Part shown: positions 10,342-21,538 of the stretch, piece by piece
How the letters are laid out: every line of letters begins with the position of its first letter
Numbering within the stretch: position 1 is the first letter of the stretch
NCBI GenBank assembly: GCA_963668175.1
Contig: OY764159.1
Coordinates: 4,032,001-4,096,000, forward strand
Length of the DNA: 64,000 nucleotides
Direction of reading: 5' to 3'
Origin: Syntrophales bacterium
GTDB taxonomy: Bacteria; Desulfobacterota; Syntrophia; Syntrophales; PHBD01
The notes under the pieces: generated by a model
What the model was told of the DNA's origin: nothing
Seen by the model: the letters and a program-made list of their open reading frames with translations, nothing else
The model's database searches: none
Program-made: the position numbers and the translations under genes

Positions 10342-10385
10342 GACGCGTCCTTGACACGACAAACATTCCATAATAGATCAAACCT

Positions 10386-11753
10386 ATGAAAAATATCCTC
10401 GTAGTTGACGATGAATTAAATATGCGCCTCGTTCTGAAGGCCATGCTGAAGAAGGAGGGATACGACGTCGTCCTGGCATCCGACGGCGCCGAGGCTCTGG
10501 ACATTCTCAAAAAGGAGGAGATAAGCATTGTGGTGTCCGATCTGAAGATGCCCAGGCTCGACGGAATGGAACTCCTGGAGAGGGTATCCCAATCGTGGCC
10601 GTCCATACCGGTCATCATCATCACGGCCCACGGCACGATCGCTACTGCGGTCGATGCCTTGAAAAAAGGCGCTTTCGATTACATCACAAAACCCTTCGAG
10701 CAGGACGAACTGAAGAACATCATCTTTAAAGCCATCAAGACCAAGACCTTAAACGAAGGCGAAGCCCTCTTCCGGCCGGACGATATCGAACGTTACGGCA
10801 TTATCGGCAACAGCAAAGTCATGCTGGAGACATACGATGTCATTAAAAAGGTCGCCCCGACGACAACGACGGTGATGATTACGGGAGAGACGGGAACGGG
10901 AAAGGAACTTATCGCCAATGCCGTTCATGTGAACAGTCCCCGGCGTCAGAACCCCTTCATCAAGATCAACTGTGCCGCTATCCCGGAAAATCTCATGGAG
11001 AGCGAACTCTTCGGCTTCGAGAAAGGGGCTTTCACCGGCGCCGTCGTCGGCAAACCGGGGAAATTCGAACTGGCCCATAAGGGAACCCTGTTTCTGGACG
11101 AAGTGGGAGAATTATCCAAGGAGATGCAGGTCAAAATCCTGACCGTGATCCAGGACCATCAATTCGAGCGGGTCGGCGGAATCCGCACCATCAAAGTCGA
11201 TGTGAGGCTGATTACCGCGACCAATCGCAATCTGCGCCAGGACGTGAAGAACGGAACCTTCCGGGAAGATCTTTTCTACAGGCTCAATGTTTTCCCCATT
11301 CACGTTCCCCCGCTCAGAGAGCGAAGAGAGGATATCCCGCTTCTCGTCGACTATTTTCTGGACAAATTCAACAAGAAGCTGAACCGCTCCGTCAAATCGA
11401 TCGAACCGGCCGTCATGGACATCCTGGAACAGTACGATTGGCCAGGAAATATCCGGGAGTTGGAGAATTTCACGGAAAGACTCGTGCTTATGGCCCAGGG
11501 AGAAACTATCGGGCCCCAGGATATCCCCGGTGAATGGAAAACAGCCGCGGAATCGTCGATCCTGGTTAAATCGGACGACCGGAAGACAGCCCTGAAAGAC
11601 TGGATCAAAAACCAGACGGAAGAAATAGAAAAACAGATGATCACAAAAGTCCTCGACGAATGCGGAGACAATGTGACCAGGGCGGCCAAGCAACTGGGCA
11701 TGAGTAGAAAGGGACTCCAACTCAAGATGATTAAGTATGACCTCCGGAAATAG
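10386..11753 (+). CDS. Sigma54-dependent response regulator (NtrC family)
   Basis: REC (SDLKMP), AAA+ with GETGTGKE and GAFTGA, WPGNIREL, C-terminal Fis-type HTH. Confidence 0.96.
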   Translation: MKNILVVDDELNMRLVLKAMLKKEGYDVVLASDGAEALDILKKEEISIVVSDLKMPRLDGMELLERVSQSWPSIPVIIITAHGTIATAVDALKKGAFDYITKPFEQDELKNIIFKAIKTKTLNEGEALFRPDDIERYGIIGNSKVMLETYDVIKKVAPTTTTVMITGETGTGKELIANAVHVNSPRRQNPFIKINCAAIPENLMESELFGFEKGAFTGAVVGKPGKFELAHKGTLFLDEVGELSKEMQVKILTVIQDHQFERVGGIRTIKVDVRLITATNRNLRQDVKNGTFREDLFYRLNVFPIHVPPLRERREDIPLLVDYFLDKFNKKLNRSVKSIEPAVMDILEQYDWPGNIRELENFTERLVLMAQGETIGPQDIPGEWKTAAESSILVKSDDRKTALKDWIKNQTEEIEKQMITKVLDECGDNVTRAAKQLGMSRKGLQLKMIKYDLRK

Positions 11754-11847
11754 CCAAAATCATGCATGAAATTACTCACCAAAAGACGAATCTCTTTTTA
11801 ATATTGCTGACGCTTAAACTTATATGGCGAAGAAATCCGTCCGGTTA

Positions 11848-11876
11848 TTGACACCTGCCGCAAGACAGTGTATCAA
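11848..11876 (+). promoter_or_regulatory. Sigma70-type promoter upstream of HD-domain gene
   Basis: TTGACA-17 bp-TATCAA. Confidence 0.5.
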
Positions 11877-11884
11877 TATATAAA

Positions 11885-12811
11885 ATGCATGCGGCGGATG
11901 AATGTATGAGCTCCAGTTATCCCATACAGCTGTCACAGCTTATCAGACCAACGCCGAAAGCCATCCTCGCAGAGGTCCGAAAGATTTTCTGCTATCACTA
12001 TCCCAGCAAATATTTCATTGACGTCTATAAGAATTATACGCTTATCAAGCAGCTCTTCGAAGGGAAATTCCCCGGCTACAGGGCGTGCAATACCCATTAT
12101 CACGATTTCATGCACACGATTACCATCCTGCTCAGCGCAATCCGGCTCGTCGACGGGTTCAATCTCAAGAATGATGCTCTGCCGGTTCATGCAGCCGCGA
12201 ATCTCCTCAACGCGGCCCTTTTCCACGACACGGGATACATCCAGGAAGCATGGGACCAAACAGGCACCGGCGCAAAGTACACGTCCACCCACGTAGGCAG
12301 GAGTATCGAATTCCTGACCAAGCACCAGGCTGTTTTTATCATCGATCCGAACCAGTTGGAGAACATCAGCAATATCATTCTGTGTACCGATTTGGGAGTC
12401 GACATAGACTCCATTGCATTTTCCTCGACGGAAGACAGGATGATCGGCTTTATGCTCGCGACATCCGACCTGCTGGCCCAAATGTCCGACCGGGCATACC
12501 TGGAAAAGTTGCTTTTCCTCTATTACGAATTCAAGGACGGGGGAATTGAAGGGTTCGATTTTGAATTCGATATCCTTCGCAAAACGACTGTCTTTTACGA
12601 ATTCATGAAAAAACGCCTCACCGAGACATGCGGAAGCGTCTATAACAATGCCCAAATCCATTTCGAAAAGAGATACATGATCGATCAGAACCTCTACATG
12701 GAAGCGATAGAACGTCACATGGTCTATCTTTATAAAATCATCGAGGACGACAGCACCAACTTCCGCCATAAATTGCGGCGGGGCGCCTGGGTACACACCT
12801 ATCCTGCGTGA
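11885..12811 (+). CDS. HD-domain metal-dependent phosphohydrolase
   Basis: YHDFMHT...ALFHDTGY...HVGRS...TSDL; alternative start ATG 11906. Confidence 0.85.
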   Translation: MHAADECMSSSYPIQLSQLIRPTPKAILAEVRKIFCYHYPSKYFIDVYKNYTLIKQLFEGKFPGYRACNTHYHDFMHTITILLSAIRLVDGFNLKNDALPVHAAANLLNAALFHDTGYIQEAWDQTGTGAKYTSTHVGRSIEFLTKHQAVFIIDPNQLENISNIILCTDLGVDIDSIAFSSTEDRMIGFMLATSDLLAQMSDRAYLEKLLFLYYEFKDGGIEGFDFEFDILRKTTVFYEFMKKRLTETCGSVYNNAQIHFEKRYMIDQNLYMEAIERHMVYLYKIIEDDSTNFRHKLRRGAWVHTYPA

Positions 12812-12914
12812 CGGACATACCTGCATACCGCCTGATGCATCCCCCTTGAAAGAACAAGACCTCAACAGAACGGAATCGCCCTATACAATGTCGCATATTT
12901 ACGGAGAAAAATGA

Positions 12915-13352
12915 ATGCAGACCCTGGAGAGAGCAATCGCCATCGCGGCAGAGGCCCATGCGGGCCAGATCGATAGAATCGGTGCCCCTTATATCCTGCA
13001 TCCCTTAAGGCTCATGATGAAGATGGACTCGATTGGCGGCATGATCGTCGCCGTGCTTCACGATGTCGTCGAAGACAATATCGCATGGCCCCTGCCGAGA
13101 TTGCACCAGGAAGGGTTCGGCCGGGAGATTATCGACGGTGTCGATGCCATGACGCGGAGACAGGACGAGACGTACCCGCAGTACATCCTCAGGGTTGCGG
13201 AGAATAGGCTCGCGAAGGCGGTGAAGATGCATGATCTGGAAGACAATATCAATATCAGAAAATTCATAGAACAGACCGAAGAGGACCGATACAGAATCAG
13301 GAAATACGAGAGTGCCCTGAATACGCTGAAGGCGATGGAAGCAGGCACCTGA
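12915..13352 (+). CDS. Small HD-domain hydrolase, RelA/SpoT hydrolase-like
   Basis: AHAGQIDRIGAPYILHP, VLHDVVED, VKMHDLEDN. Confidence 0.85.
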   Translation: MQTLERAIAIAAEAHAGQIDRIGAPYILHPLRLMMKMDSIGGMIVAVLHDVVEDNIAWPLPRLHQEGFGREIIDGVDAMTRRQDETYPQYILRVAENRLAKAVKMHDLEDNINIRKFIEQTEEDRYRIRKYESALNTLKAMEAGT

Positions 13353-13642
13353 TGAGGACTTGCCCGTTCAACGTATCAAGCGATACCCTCCAGGCAGATT
13401 GTTGCTTGCTTTATCGGCCACTTTTTTGTGATGAACATAGCCTAATGACTTTCACCGCCTGGGCGTCCGTTCTTCCATATAATACCTCGATTTTCCGTTC
13501 ATTTGATCAGACTCTTGTTGTTGCATCGCCCTTCTGATAGAATTTGGACATGATCTTCCGGGCAGGGGCTTCCGGGTTGTCCTCATATGCGGGGCATTGA
13601 AGTCATGCCGCGAACCATATTACAACGAAAGAGACGACGGCG

Positions 13643-14557
13643 ATGCCCAGTCGGTATCTTTATTCTGCTGATGATATCAAGAAAGCCTATGAGCAGACCG
13701 CCGACCACGTCCGGACAAGAAATATCATCACACAATATTCCATAAATCAAAGCGATATCAGAGATATAGCTCTTGAGGGCCTTGCTCTGTCATGGGCGAG
13801 GCATATCCTGGAATTGGGTTGCGGCTATGGAGCTTTTACGAATAAACTCGCCGGTCGTCTTCATCATGATGCGGAAATTACCGGAATCGACATGGTCGCC
13901 GAAAACGGGCCCCATTTTTATGCCGTTGTGGACGCCCTGGGGTATCGCTGCTCGTTCATTCACGGCAACGCATCTCTGATCAAACGCATGGCAACAGACA
14001 GCTTCGATCTCGTTATTGCGAGTTATTCCCTCTATTTCTTTCCCCAGTTGATAGAGGATATCGCCCGTATTCTCAACCCCGAAGGCGTCTTCGTCGTCAT
14101 AACCCATTCCCGGCACTCGCTCGTCGAGATTCTTGAATTCATTCCCAAGTGTCTGACTAAAATGGGCCTCGGCCGTCCGGGAAGAACCCGCCTGGCCCGC
14201 CTATTCGACGTCATCTCCATGGAAAACGGGCATAGGAAGCTCGCCCTCTATTTCGACAGGATAGAAACCGTCCTCTATAAGAACAGATTGATGTTCTCTC
14301 GGGAAGACATCAAGGACTGCCTGGACTACATCATGAAAAAAGATACCCTTCTCTTCAAGGATATCGAAGATAAGTATCCTCTGCAAAAAGAAACTATACG
14401 CTCACATTTCTACAATGACCTGAATCAATACATCATGGAAAAGGGATTCCTGTCCGTGACGAAAGACGATGCTATTTTCCGCTGTTACCATCCTTCAATC
14501 AGGCAGCGCAGAAGACCGAAGCGAAAGAAGAAACCAGAAGTCGTCTCGAATCAATAG
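13643..14557 (+). CDS. Class I SAM-dependent methyltransferase
   Basis: ILELGCGYG motif I, ITGID, FDLVIA, ILNPEG. Confidence 0.85.
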   Translation: MPSRYLYSADDIKKAYEQTADHVRTRNIITQYSINQSDIRDIALEGLALSWARHILELGCGYGAFTNKLAGRLHHDAEITGIDMVAENGPHFYAVVDALGYRCSFIHGNASLIKRMATDSFDLVIASYSLYFFPQLIEDIARILNPEGVFVVITHSRHSLVEILEFIPKCLTKMGLGRPGRTRLARLFDVISMENGHRKLALYFDRIETVLYKNRLMFSREDIKDCLDYIMKKDTLLFKDIEDKYPLQKETIRSHFYNDLNQYIMEKGFLSVTKDDAIFRCYHPSIRQRRRPKRKKKPEVVSNQ

Positions 14558-14884
14558 TATTAATGAGGACATGCCGGAACGGATTTGTATTACAATATTA
14601 TCTTCGAATCTTATTCGATAGTTAAGTTCTATCTCTGCTTTTCATAGTACTTTACTATTTGATGACTTTGGGGTGATACAACTTTTGTGATACAGGCAAT
14701 ATTTTAGTTATCCTCATATGTTAACGTGTATGTACGGTCAAAAGATGGGCCACGGACCATGGATGAGCTTGTTATCGTCCCGGGAAATATGATATTGTTT
14801 ATCATCATTGCCGGATGATATTACAATATCGAAATCGCGGCAGCAACGCAACGAACGCAGGACGGCTGCCTGACAGAATGTGAC

Positions 14885-17269
14885 ATGCGGGAAACACTGA
14901 CAAAAAGTACTTCCGAAAACCATCGCTACCACATCGGATGGACGGAAGACGCCTATCAAGGATCTTGCATATGTACCTGGCCGGATGGCAGCCGATACGA
15001 AGGTCAGATTGAACATGAACACTTTCACGGCCAAGGAAAATTCACATGGCCGGACGGCAGCAGTTACGAAGGAGAATGGGAACTTGACCTTCCGCATGGT
15101 CAGGGTACATTCACTTCTGCTGACGGTAAGGAATTATCCGGCGAATGGATCCTTGGTCATGCCGTTAAACCCAAACCCACCGAAGCTGAATTAGCACAAC
15201 AAAAGGCTGAAGAGGAAGCCAGGCTAAAGGCCGAAGAAGAGGCACGCCTCAAAGCCGAAGAGGAAGCACGGCTCAAGGCCGAGGAGGAAGCACGGCTCAA
15301 AGCCGAAGAGGAAGCCCGCCTCAAAGCTGAAGAGGAAAGCAGACGCAAGGCCGAAGAAGAGGCACGGCTCAAAGCCGAAGAAGAAGCCAGGCTTAGAGCT
15401 GAAGAGGAAGCCAGACTCAAGGCTGAAGAAGAGGCACGGCTCAGAGCTGAAGAGGAAGCCAGACTCAAGGCTGAAGAAGAGGCACGGCTCAGAGCTGAAG
15501 AGGAAGCCAGACTCAAGGCCGAGGAAGATGCCCGCCTCAGAGCCGAAGAGGAAGCCCGCCTCAAAGCTGAAGAGGAAAGCAGACGCAAGGCCGAAGAAGA
15601 GGCACGGCTCAAAGCCGAAGAAGAAGCCAGGCTTAGAGCTGAAGAGGAAGCCAGGCTCAAGGCCGAAGAAGATGCCCGCCTCAGAGCTGAAGAGGAAGCC
15701 AGGCTCAAGGCCGAAGAAGATGCCCGCCTCAGAGCTGAAGAGGAAGCCAGACTCAAGGCCGAGGAAGATGCCCGCCTCAAAGCCGAAGAAGAAGCCCGCC
15801 TCAAAGCTGAAGAAGAAGCCCGCCTCAAAGCTGAAGAAGAGGCACGGCTCAAAGCCGAAGAAGAAGCCCGCCTCAAAGCTGAAGAAGAGGCACGGCTCAA
15901 AGCCGAAGAAGAAGCCCGCCTCAGAGCTGAAGAGGAAGCCAGGCTCAAAGCCGAGGAAGAAGCGCGACTCAGGGCTGAAGAGGAAGCCAGACTCAAGGCC
16001 GAAGAAGAAGCCCGCCTCAGAGCTGAAGAGGAAGCCAGACTCAAAGCCGAAGAAGAAGCCCGCCTCAGAGCTGAAGAGGAAGCCAGACTCAAAGCCGAAG
16101 AAGAAGCCCGAATCAAGGCTGAAGAGGAAGCCGGACGCAAGGCCGAAGAAGAAGCCCGAATCAAGGCTGAAGAGGAAGCCGGACGCAAGGCCGAAGAAGA
16201 AGCGCGAACCAAGGCTGAAGAGGAAGCCAGACGCGAGGCCGAGGAGGAGGCACGGTTCAAAGCTGAAGAGGAAGCCAGACGCAAGGCCGAAGAAGAAGCC
16301 CGCCTCAGAGCTGAAGAGGAAGCCAGACGCGAGGCCGAGGAGGAGGCACGGCTCAAAGCCGAAGAGGAAGCCAGACGCAAAGCCGAAGAAGAAGCCCGAC
16401 TCAGAGCTGAAGAGGAAGCCAGACGCGAGGCCGAGGAGGAGGCACGGCTCAAAGCCGAAGAGGAAGCCAGACGCAAAGCCGAAGAAGAAGCCCGACTCAA
16501 GGCCGAAGAAGAGGTACGGCTCAAAGCCGAAGAAAAAGCCAGACTCAAGGCCGAGGAGGAAGCCCGAATCAAGGCTGAAGAAAAGGCACAGACTAAGACA
16601 GAGGAACAACCCCCTTCCGAAGACCAGGCAGCCATGATGCCCGGTCAGGGTTCTATCAATCTACCAGACGGCAGCAGATATATTGGAGAACTGAAAAAAG
16701 GAAATCCCCACGGTCAGGGCATCATGACCTACCCAACTGGTGAGAGATACCTCGGTGATTGGAAAAATGGACGGAGAGACGGTCAAGGCAGCCTGATTTT
16801 ACCCGACGGCTCAACCTATACAGGCCGCTGGAAAAAAGACAAAAGAGACGGCGAAGGCACCATGACCTTTGCAGACGGCAAGAAATACATTGGAGAATGG
16901 GGCGACGATCAATACAATGGGACAGGCACAGAAACAACCGTCGATGGTAAAAAGTATGAAGGTCAATTCCAGGACGGAAAGTACCATGGTGAAGGAACCC
17001 TGACCCTCCCGGATGGCAAGAAATACGTGGGACAATTCCTTAACGGTTTTTCAAACGGCAAAGGAGTACTGGCTTTTAACGAAGGCCGTTACGAAGGAGA
17101 GTTCTTAAACAACAAATACCATGGTTACGGGACTCTGACTATGAAAGACGGCAGACGATATACCGGTTTTCTGGAAAATGGTCTGCCGCATGGACAGGGC
17201 ACCATGCTTCTAGCCAACGGCAAGAAATATATAGGGGAATTTATTAACGGCCGTTTCGTTGAGAAATAA
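14885..17269 (+). CDS. MORN-repeat protein with long central charged alpha-helical repeat
   Basis: About 2-3 N-terminal and about 8 C-terminal YxGx(W/F)xxxxxxGxG MORN repeats flanking about 464 aa of (K/R)AEEEARL repeats. Confidence 0.88.
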   Translation: MRETLTKSTSENHRYHIGWTEDAYQGSCICTWPDGSRYEGQIEHEHFHGQGKFTWPDGSSYEGEWELDLPHGQGTFTSADGKELSGEWILGHAVKPKPTEAELAQQKAEEEARLKAEEEARLKAEEEARLKAEEEARLKAEEEARLKAEEESRRKAEEEARLKAEEEARLRAEEEARLKAEEEARLRAEEEARLKAEEEARLRAEEEARLKAEEDARLRAEEEARLKAEEESRRKAEEEARLKAEEEARLRAEEEARLKAEEDARLRAEEEARLKAEEDARLRAEEEARLKAEEDARLKAEEEARLKAEEEARLKAEEEARLKAEEEARLKAEEEARLKAEEEARLRAEEEARLKAEEEARLRAEEEARLKAEEEARLRAEEEARLKAEEEARLRAEEEARLKAEEEARIKAEEEAGRKAEEEARIKAEEEAGRKAEEEARTKAEEEARREAEEEARFKAEEEARRKAEEEARLRAEEEARREAEEEARLKAEEEARRKAEEEARLRAEEEARREAEEEARLKAEEEARRKAEEEARLKAEEEVRLKAEEKARLKAEEEARIKAEEKAQTKTEEQPPSEDQAAMMPGQGSINLPDGSRYIGELKKGNPHGQGIMTYPTGERYLGDWKNGRRDGQGSLILPDGSTYTGRWKKDKRDGEGTMTFADGKKYIGEWGDDQYNGTGTETTVDGKKYEGQFQDGKYHGEGTLTLPDGKKYVGQFLNGFSNGKGVLAFNEGRYEGEFLNNKYHGYGTLTMKDGRRYTGFLENGLPHGQGTMLLANGKKYIGEFINGRFVEK
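15203..16594 (+). repeat. Coding tandem repeat, 58 x 24 bp
   Basis: Unit like aaggccgaagaagaagcccgcctc; first unit starts 15203, last starts 16571 (57 x 24 later), so register is kept. Confidence 0.93.
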
Positions 17270-17490
17270 CCGACCTAAGTCCGTTGAAGTCGATATTGGA
17301 TCAGAACATATTAAAGGGCTGCTGTAAGAAACCCGCCTAATATGATACTGCGAGACCGTCACGAGGTTTGATTTGATGACGTCGTCACAAAGCAGATTGA
17401 ATACCGGGCAAACAAGCGGCATTTCGACTATCTCTGGGCGGAAACCGCGCTGACTCAACTACAGCCCATCTTTATCCGGATAATCGCCGC

Positions 17491-18075
17491 ATGAGAGACC
17501 AGTTAAAACAGATCATACAGAACGAAGAAAAACGGAGCCTCGTTAATTTCGAATGGTCCGACAACCTCTACGAAGGGGAAGGATACTGCACATTGCCCGA
17601 CGGAGGAACATATAACGGACAATGGAAGGAAGGCCATTTTGAAGGGACGGGCACATATACTTGGGCCGACGGGACGAAATACGAAGGCGAGTGGCGTAAC
17701 AACCTGCCTGAAGGTATGGGTATCATGACACTCCCTGATTCAAGTCGTTATGACGGGGAATGGAAGGAGGGCTACGCTGAAGGGGAAGGAACGGAGACCC
17801 ATCCGGACGGATCGGTTTACAAGGGCTCATGGAAAAGGGGAGCCAAGGACGGCTCCGGTCACATGACCTATTCCGACGGCAAACAATATACCGGGGAATG
17901 GAAGGATGACAAGTGCCACGGGCAAGGAACCCTGATCTTCACCGACGGTTCCAGCTACAAGGGGGAATGGCAGGACAACAACATCACGGGACGGGGTACG
18001 CTCACATTCTCCGACGGGAAGAAATATCTCGGGGAATGGAAAGACGACGAGTTTGACGTCATCGAAATCTTATGA
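17491..18075 (+). CDS. MORN-repeat protein
   Basis: Six full 23-aa MORN repeats such as YEGEWRNNLPEGMGIMTLPDSSR, plus a partial one. Confidence 0.9.
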   Translation: MRDQLKQIIQNEEKRSLVNFEWSDNLYEGEGYCTLPDGGTYNGQWKEGHFEGTGTYTWADGTKYEGEWRNNLPEGMGIMTLPDSSRYDGEWKEGYAEGEGTETHPDGSVYKGSWKRGAKDGSGHMTYSDGKQYTGEWKDDKCHGQGTLIFTDGSSYKGEWQDNNITGRGTLTFSDGKKYLGEWKDDEFDVIEIL

Positions 18076-18120
18076 TCGCTTTCCCTGTTCCGCTCGACGT
18101 TACGTTATCCTCAACTGGAC

Positions 18121-18150
18121 AGGCTCGGGCTCATTCCCGGGCTTTTTGTT
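18121..18150 (+). terminator. Intrinsic terminator after MORN genes
   Basis: aggctcggg-ctcatt-cccgggctt stem followed by tttgtt, between convergent genes. Confidence 0.6.
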
Positions 18151-18158
18151 CCATCCTT

Positions 18159-19357
<1,199 letters not shown>

Positions 19358-19361
<4 letters not shown>

Positions 19362-19867
19362 TTGACTCCGTTTTTAGAATATTTTTCCTTTAATCTTGTC
19401 TCCACGATATCCGGTACCAGGCCTTTTACCGTTCCCCCAAGACTGGCCGCTTCCTTTATGAGATTGGAACTTGTGTAGAACCACTTATAACCGGTCATCA
19501 GGAAGGTCGTTTCAACATCCCGGTTAAGGCGCCGGTTTATTAAAGCCATCTGAAATTCATATTCAAAATCGGATACGGCCCGCAACCCTCTTAGGATTAC
19601 ATTAGAACCCGATTTCCTCGCATAGTCAACCAGAAGTCCATCAAAACAGTCAATCTTAATCCTGTCGCCTCCTTTGATATTTTCGCTTTTGATGACCTCT
19701 TCAATCAATTTCATTCTTTCTTCGACGGAAAAGAGCGACGTTTTGTTGGGGTTGTATGCCACCAAAACGATGAGGCCTTCGAAGATCCGGAGACCTCTTT
19801 CAATGATGTCGACATGACCATTCGTAATAGGATCGAAAGAACCGGCGTAGACAGCAGTATTTTTCAT
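19358..19867 (-). CDS. coaD: Phosphopantetheine adenylyltransferase
   Basis: YAGSFDPITNGH, RGLRAVSDFEYE. Confidence 0.97.
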
Positions 19868-19886
19868 GAGTGCGGGGAATCTCCTT

Positions 19887-20441
19887 TCAGGAATATCTTA
19901 TAAAAGATAAGACCGTATCGCCATATCTCCTTTCATCCGTCATCATCAGCCGGTTATCCCGAAATGCGTCCGCAAGATTTTCTCTCGACGAATGCTGAAC
20001 AATCACCAAAGCATCTTCCGCCAAGATGTGACAGTCTTTCAGGAACTCCAGCGTCTGCAAAGCAAGCCCCCGTTCATAGGGGGGATCGGCAAACAGGATT
20101 TCGTAAGTATCGTTCCGCCGGGAAAGCCTGTCAATACCCCGTTTGACCTCATCCGCGACGACTTCGGCCAATTCAAAAAAACCGCAAGTCCTTATATTTT
20201 CTCTTATAGCATGAACCATCGCAGGGTTCTTTTCCACGAATACGGCCTTTCGAGCCCCCCTGCTTAACGCTTCCAAGCCGACACATCCTGCACCGGCATA
20301 GAGATCGAGAAAACATTTCCCCTCTACCGGTTGAATGATATTAAAAAGCGCTTCCTTAATCTTGTCAGAGGTAGGCCTGACCGGATGTCCTTTCGGCAAA
20401 TACAGCCGCCTGCCCTTGGCCTGGCCCCCCGTTATTCTCAT
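19887..20441 (-). CDS. rsmD: 16S rRNA m2G966 methyltransferase
   Basis: MRITGG, RPTSDKIKEALFN, LDLYAGAG, DPPY, RRYGDT; start 20441 overlaps asd stop (ATGA). Confidence 0.93.
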   Translation of the reverse strand: MRITGGQAKGRRLYLPKGHPVRPTSDKIKEALFNIIQPVEGKCFLDLYAGAGCVGLEALSRGARKAVFVEKNPAMVHAIRENIRTCGFFELAEVVADEVKRGIDRLSRRNDTYEILFADPPYERGLALQTLEFLKDCHILAEDALVIVQHSSRENLADAFRDNRLMMTDERRYGDTVLSFIRYS

Positions 20442-21451
20442 AGGTATTTCTTGATCAGAATTTCCGCAATCTGGACGGCGTTCAAGGCCGCACCTTTTCT
20501 GATGTTGTCCGAGACGACCCACATATTGATGCCGTTGGGTATCGATTCATCCTCCCTGATCCGTCCGACAAAGGTATCGTCCTTGCCGGCGGCATGGATG
20601 GCAAGGGGATAGGCCTTCTCCTGCGGATTGTCGATCACGGTGACGCCGGGGGCCTTTGCCAGAAGGCGCTTCACTTCATCGGCGCTGATTTTCTTCTCCG
20701 TCTCGATGTTGACGGACTCGGAATGACTGTAAAATACAGGGACTCGCACCGTGGTCGCCGTCACGGCAATAGACGGGTCCATGATTTTCTTGGTTTCATT
20801 GACCATCTTCATCTCTTCTTTTGTGTAGCCGTTGTCGATAAATACATCGATCTGGGGCAGGCAGTTGAAGGCTATCTGATGGGGATAGACCTTGACCTGG
20901 GGCTCCCTGTTGCTCATAATGGCCAGTACCTGCTTCTCGAGTTCATCGATGGCTTTCTTACCGGTTCCCGAAACAGCCTGATAAGTCGATACGACGATTC
21001 TTTTTATCCGGACGGCGTCGTGAATCGGCTTCAAGGCGACGACCATCTGAATGGTCGAGCAGTTTGGATTGGCTATGATACCTTTGTTTTTATACATTGC
21101 AATCGCTTCCGGATTGACTTCCGGGACAACCAGGGGAATATCCGGGACCATCCGGAAAGCACTCGTATTGTCAACGACTACACACCCGGCTTTTGCGGCT
21201 ATCGGTGCAAATTTCTCGCTGATGCTTCCGCCCGCGGAAAACAGACCGATTTGAACTCCGGCGAATGAATCCTCTTTCAGCACTTCAACCGGATATTCCT
21301 TTCCCCGGAATTCGAGTTTAATCCCCAGCGAACGTTCGGACGCGAGCAATTTAAGACTCCCGACAGGGAAATCCCTCTGTTCCAGAGTCTTGATCATTTC
21401 GTTCCCGACAGCACCAGTTGCGCCCACAACCGCTACGTTAAACTTCCTCAT
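20438..21451 (-). CDS. asd: Aspartate-semialdehyde dehydrogenase
   Basis: GATGAVG, ANPNCST, DNIRKGAALNAVQI. Confidence 0.97.
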   Translation of the reverse strand: MRKFNVAVVGATGAVGNEMIKTLEQRDFPVGSLKLLASERSLGIKLEFRGKEYPVEVLKEDSFAGVQIGLFSAGGSISEKFAPIAAKAGCVVVDNTSAFRMVPDIPLVVPEVNPEAIAMYKNKGIIANPNCSTIQMVVALKPIHDAVRIKRIVVSTYQAVSGTGKKAIDELEKQVLAIMSNREPQVKVYPHQIAFNCLPQIDVFIDNGYTKEEMKMVNETKKIMDPSIAVTATTVRVPVFYSHSESVNIETEKKISADEVKRLLAKAPGVTVIDNPQEKAYPLAIHAAGKDDTFVGRIREDESIPNGINMWVVSDNIRKGAALNAVQIAEILIKKYL

Positions 21452-21538
21452 TGCTTCTCTCCATTTCGTTCAAATTAAAAGGTGCAACAGCAACCCAGGC
21501 TGCGGCACCCGAATTCACACATTTTCTTCTATGAGATG

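Noticed and set aside
11885..14557. Known anti-phage system (CBASS, Pycsar, toxSAS)
   Set aside because: No cyclase, nucleotidyltransferase, alarmone synthetase or effector recognisable next to the HD genes
15203..16594. CRISPR array or non-coding repeat
   Set aside because: Units are contiguous with no unique spacers, vary mainly at synonymous sites, and no cas genes are present
15157..16637. Alternative-frame ORFs over the repeat (492 aa and 461 aa minus, 369 aa plus)
   Set aside because: A stop-free repeat unit opens several frames automatically; only the AEEEARLK frame joins the MORN domains
14885..17269. TolA or IF2 call for the repeat protein
   Set aside because: Similarity is compositional only; no TM anchor, TolA C-domain, GTPase domain or tol-pal context
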